Source: Sulfuricurvum sp. (GTDB taxonomy: Bacteria; Campylobacterota; Campylobacteria; Campylobacterales; Sulfurimonadaceae). Taken from it: a stretch of DNA of 64,000 nt. The DNA is taken from assembly GCA_030694265.1 (NCBI GenBank), contig JAUXYP010000020.1, positions 36,862 through 100,861 on the forward strand, written 5' to 3'. Positions 61,093-64,000 of this stretch are shown one piece after another; position 1 is the stretch's first letter, and every line of letters begins with the position of its first letter. The notes below the pieces were generated by a model. The model worked only from the letters and a program-made list of their open reading frames with translations, did not search any database and had not been told where the DNA came from. The position numbers were made by a program, and so were the translations under genes.

Positions 61093-62415
61093 ATGAAATT
61101 AGTTAAAATGAGTCTTGCAGCAGCTGTGTTGCTAGGTGCGAGTGCGTTCGCGATCGATAATATTAAAGTTAGTGGTGACGCTAAACTTTTTTACAATACG
61201 TCTAATGCAGATTATACAGTAACAAATTCAGCTGTTTTAAATGAAAAAGCGAGTGGTTTGTTTGATCAAGGTGCAAGTGCAGCTGATACTGCTCTTCGTC
61301 TTGCTGTAACTGGTGATTTGACAAAAGGTGTTTCTTTTGGTGCAACTGCTTATGCTGTAAGTACTCTTGGTCTTGAAAATAACCTTGTTTCTAATACATG
61401 GACAGGTGCTCATAGTGCAAATAACGGTGTAAATGATGCTGCATGGATGGGTGAGCTATGGATCGCCGCTACTGCTGGTAAAACAACAGCTAAACTTGGT
61501 CGTATGGAACTTGATACACCATTAGCATTCTCTGAAAAATGGTCTATTGTTCCTAATACATTTGACGCTGCTGTAGTTATTAACCAAGATCTTCCGGACA
61601 CTACATTAGTCGGTGCATTTGTTGGGAAGGGGAATGGTTTTAACGCAGGTAATAGGAGCCTTTTCGGATATGATAACAATGCATCTGTAGGTTTTGATGG
61701 CATGGGTAAAAATGCTGAATTCGGCACGTTTGCGGACAAGGGTGCTTATGCCGTAGCTGCTATAAACAACTCATTCAAGCCATTGGTTGCACAGGCCTGG
61801 TATTACAATGTTGTGAACGTTGCAGATGCGTATTGGTTACAAGCTGACTGGGATTGCCAATTAGTTAAAGACGTTAAAGTTGGCGTACAGTATGCTAATT
61901 TGGATCCAAAAGGTGCCATTAATACAGCGAAAGATTCATCTGGATACGCAGTTAAGCTTGCTTATACGGGTGTTGAAAACTTAAAGCTCTCTGCGGCGTA
62001 TTCATCTACGGATAAAGATGGGACTTTGAAAATTGCTAACGTTGCTACGGATAATCTTGGACTATTGGTAGCTGCAGGGCATTATGCTGCTCAATCAAAA
62101 CTTTATACAGAAGCGAACTGGAATTATGGCTACGTAGGTGCTGCAGGTGCTGATTCGTACATGGTTTTGGCTGAATATAATGCAGGAATTGCAAAATTTG
62201 CGGCACAATATACGGATGTTACAGCAAAAGCTAGAAATGTTGTAACAAGTACTGATATGACTGAGGTCGCTTTGACTGCTTCAAAATCATTTGGACCATT
62301 GGATGCAACATTGGCATACATTTCTACAGATGCTGATGATCAAAATATCAAGGCTGGTGAAACAACTGGTTCACGTTACGATACACTTCAAGCATACTTG
62401 ACTCTTAACTTCTAA
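61093..62415 (+). CDS. porA: Major outer membrane porin (Campylobacter MOMP/PorA-like)
   Basis: N-terminus MKLVKMSLAAAVLLGASAFA resembles the PorA signal peptide. It has an alternating beta-strand pattern and C-terminal YLTLNF. AAGGAG RBS. Confidence 0.75.
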   Translation: MKLVKMSLAAAVLLGASAFAIDNIKVSGDAKLFYNTSNADYTVTNSAVLNEKASGLFDQGASAADTALRLAVTGDLTKGVSFGATAYAVSTLGLENNLVSNTWTGAHSANNGVNDAAWMGELWIAATAGKTTAKLGRMELDTPLAFSEKWSIVPNTFDAAVVINQDLPDTTLVGAFVGKGNGFNAGNRSLFGYDNNASVGFDGMGKNAEFGTFADKGAYAVAAINNSFKPLVAQAWYYNVVNVADAYWLQADWDCQLVKDVKVGVQYANLDPKGAINTAKDSSGYAVKLAYTGVENLKLSAAYSSTDKDGTLKIANVATDNLGLLVAAGHYAAQSKLYTEANWNYGYVGAAGADSYMVLAEYNAGIAKFAAQYTDVTAKARNVVTSTDMTEVALTASKSFGPLDATLAYISTDADDQNIKAGETTGSRYDTLQAYLTLNF

Positions 62416-62430
62416 GAGTTTTTTTTCTCT

Positions 62431-62466
62431 TTCACCCCTTGGGGTGAATTCTTCTTCTTTTTTTTA
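62431..62466 (+). terminator. Rho-independent terminator after the porin gene
   Basis: TTCACCCC-TT-GGGGTGAA hairpin followed by a long T-rich tract. Confidence 0.7.
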
Positions 62467-62480
62467 TTTCTCCCTTCCGA

Positions 62481-62486
62481 TATAAT
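62481..62486 (+). promoter_or_regulatory. TATAAT -10 box 6 nt upstream of the ABC permease start codon (leaderless geometry)
   Basis: TATAAT-CTTTTT-ATG directly after the porin terminator. There is no Shine-Dalgarno sequence. Confidence 0.35.
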
Positions 62487-62492
62487 CTTTTT

Positions 62493-63446
62493 ATGAAATA
62501 TTTACTCCGTTCACTTTCTTATACTTTTTTAATGTTACTATTGATTTCACTCCTGTCCTTTGGCGCAATCCATATGGCACCCAACAGCTTTATGAGCGGT
62601 GAACTTAATCCTAACATGACTCCCGAGGCGATTGCACAACTCAAAGCCATATATGGTTTGGATAAACCGTTGTGGAAGCAGTATTTAGATTGGGTTATCA
62701 ACCTGTCACAGTTGAACTTTGGAATTTCCTTTGTCACTGGTCAACAAGTTAGCGAGGCGGTCGCTGATCGTCTTCCTGTGACGCTGTGGATGAATATCAT
62801 CGCTTTGCTCGTTACTTTTATCCTTTCTCTTTGGATGGGGATTAAAGCGGCTATGGTGTATGAGAAAAAAATGGATCATTTTATCACTCAACTTTCATTG
62901 CTTAGTTTTGCGATGCCTTCGTATTATTTGGCATTGGTACTGATGATGGTGTTGAGCGTTACATTGGGATGGTTTCCTATTGCGGGATTGCATTCGCTTG
63001 AGCCACCGCAAGGGTTTGGCTATTATCTGGATATGGCGTGGCACCTTACATTGCCAATTGGGGTAATGGTGTTTGTAGGAGTGGGGAGTTTGGTATTGTA
63101 CATCCGATCACTTACCCTCGAAATCCTAAAAAGCGATTATGTCTATTTTGCCCGTGCTCGCGGTGTTGACGAGAAAAAGCTTGTCCGTTATTTTATTTTT
63201 CCAAATCTTTTGCCACCAATTGTGACGATGTTGGGGCTTTCGCTTCCAGGTCTGATCGGAGGATCGGTGATACTCGAGTCTATTTTTGGGATTGAGGGGA
63301 TGGGGCAGCTTTTTTATATGAGTGCGATGAGTCGGGATTATCCGGTGATTATGGGGATTTTGATGATGAGTGCATTTTTGACGCTGATCGGCAATCAAAT
63401 TGCCGATGCGGTATTGTTAAAGCTTAATCCGTTTGTGAAGCGCTAG
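62493..63446 (+). CDS. ABC transporter permease, DppB/OppB-like
   Basis: 317-aa ORF with 6 TM helices and an N-terminal segment typical of peptide/nickel permeases (YLDWV..L..L.FG.S). No partner transporter genes are adjacent. Confidence 0.85.
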   Translation: MKYLLRSLSYTFLMLLLISLLSFGAIHMAPNSFMSGELNPNMTPEAIAQLKAIYGLDKPLWKQYLDWVINLSQLNFGISFVTGQQVSEAVADRLPVTLWMNIIALLVTFILSLWMGIKAAMVYEKKMDHFITQLSLLSFAMPSYYLALVLMMVLSVTLGWFPIAGLHSLEPPQGFGYYLDMAWHLTLPIGVMVFVGVGSLVLYIRSLTLEILKSDYVYFARARGVDEKKLVRYFIFPNLLPPIVTMLGLSLPGLIGGSVILESIFGIEGMGQLFYMSAMSRDYPVIMGILMMSAFLTLIGNQIADAVLLKLNPFVKR

Positions 63447-63450
63447 GTAA

Positions 63451-64000
63451 TTAATTACCAAACAGTGCTTCGAGAGAGCCGATACCCTCTTTTTTATCTT
63501 CAGTGGCTGTGCCGGATTCACCTTGCTCTTTGAGCTCGATGATGTAGCCTGTCAGCATGGATGCGAGACGGATATTGATTCCGCTTTTTCCGATTGCTTT
63601 TGACTTTTGATCACTTGGAAGAGTGACAATCGCTTTTTTCTCTTCACCCTCTCCATCAACGATAACAACCGCGCTGATAATAGCTGGGCTCATTGCTCGT
63701 GAAATAAAGAGTTCAGGAGAGGCGCTGTACTCGATACAGTCGATGTTCTCACCACATAACTCTTCGCTCACGGCATTGATACGTACACCACGTACTCCAA
63801 CCGTTGCTCCGATAGGATCAATTTGCGGTCGGATAGTGTAGAGGGCAATTTTAGCGCGCTCACCTGGGATACGGGCACATTTTTCGATGATTACAATACC
63901 GTCTTTGATCTCCGGTACTTCCAATGCGAGCAATTCTTCGAGGAACTTCGGAGATGTACGTGAAAGCTCCATCCCTATTCCGGTATTTTTATCGACTTGT
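63451..64000 (-). CDS. nusA: Transcription termination/antitermination factor NusA, C-terminal part (5' end outside window)
   Basis: KH-domain motifs (IDPIGATVGVRGVRINAVSEEL.GENID; AIGKSGINIRLAS). The reading frame stays open upstream of the first Met through nt 64000. Confidence 0.85.
   Translation of the reverse strand, partial: QVDKNTGIGMELSRTSPKFLEELLALEVPEIKDGIVIIEKCARIPGERAKIALYTIRPQIDPIGATVGVRGVRINAVSEELCGENIDCIEYSASPELFISRAMSPAIISAVVIVDGEGEEKKAIVTLPSDQKSKAIGKSGINIRLASMLTGYIIELKEQGESGTATEDKKEGIGSLEALFGN

Overview
The window is a largely core chromosomal segment of a Campylobacterota (Epsilonproteobacteria) genome. The exact genus cannot be determined from the sequence alone. Several gene blocks match the order known from Campylobacter jejuni: rpsB-tsf-ABC ATPase-fliR, acidic protein-gmk-tatA-argS, nuoA..nuoN followed by a PflA-like TPR protein, miaA/ubiA-like, and nadD-rsfS divergent from gapA-pgk-tpiA-fabI. 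I support about 60 protein-coding genes, with purF truncated at the left edge and nusA at the right edge. I also support one tRNA-Arg(GCG), several hairpin terminators and a few candidate promoter or operator elements. I found no rRNA, CRISPR array, transposase, integrase or prophage genes. The most unusual content is the 17.4 kb complex I (nuo) operon at 27435-44877. It has no nuoE or nuoF. Between nuoD and a Campylobacter-sized nuoG it carries three genes: a cysteine-free 76-aa ORF, a 678-aa fusion of a NuoF-type 4Fe-4S domain (one Cys ligand missing) with a GltD/NfnB/SfrB-type FAD/NADPH module, and an additional diverged 749-aa NuoG-like Fe-S subunit. Together these look like an SfrAB-like NADPH-linked electron input or output module built into complex I. 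Secondary observations: a palindromic operator candidate upstream of nuoA; two orphan ABC transporter genes with leaderless-type promoter geometry; a receiver-like protein with a very long D/E-rich tail; a catalytically degenerate PLD/Nuc-like secreted protein; a FlaC-like flagellin with a sigma54-type promoter; and a low-GC two-gene c-di-GMP signalling module next to the tRNA. All functional calls rest on motif and family recognition by eye and on synteny. No database search was possible.
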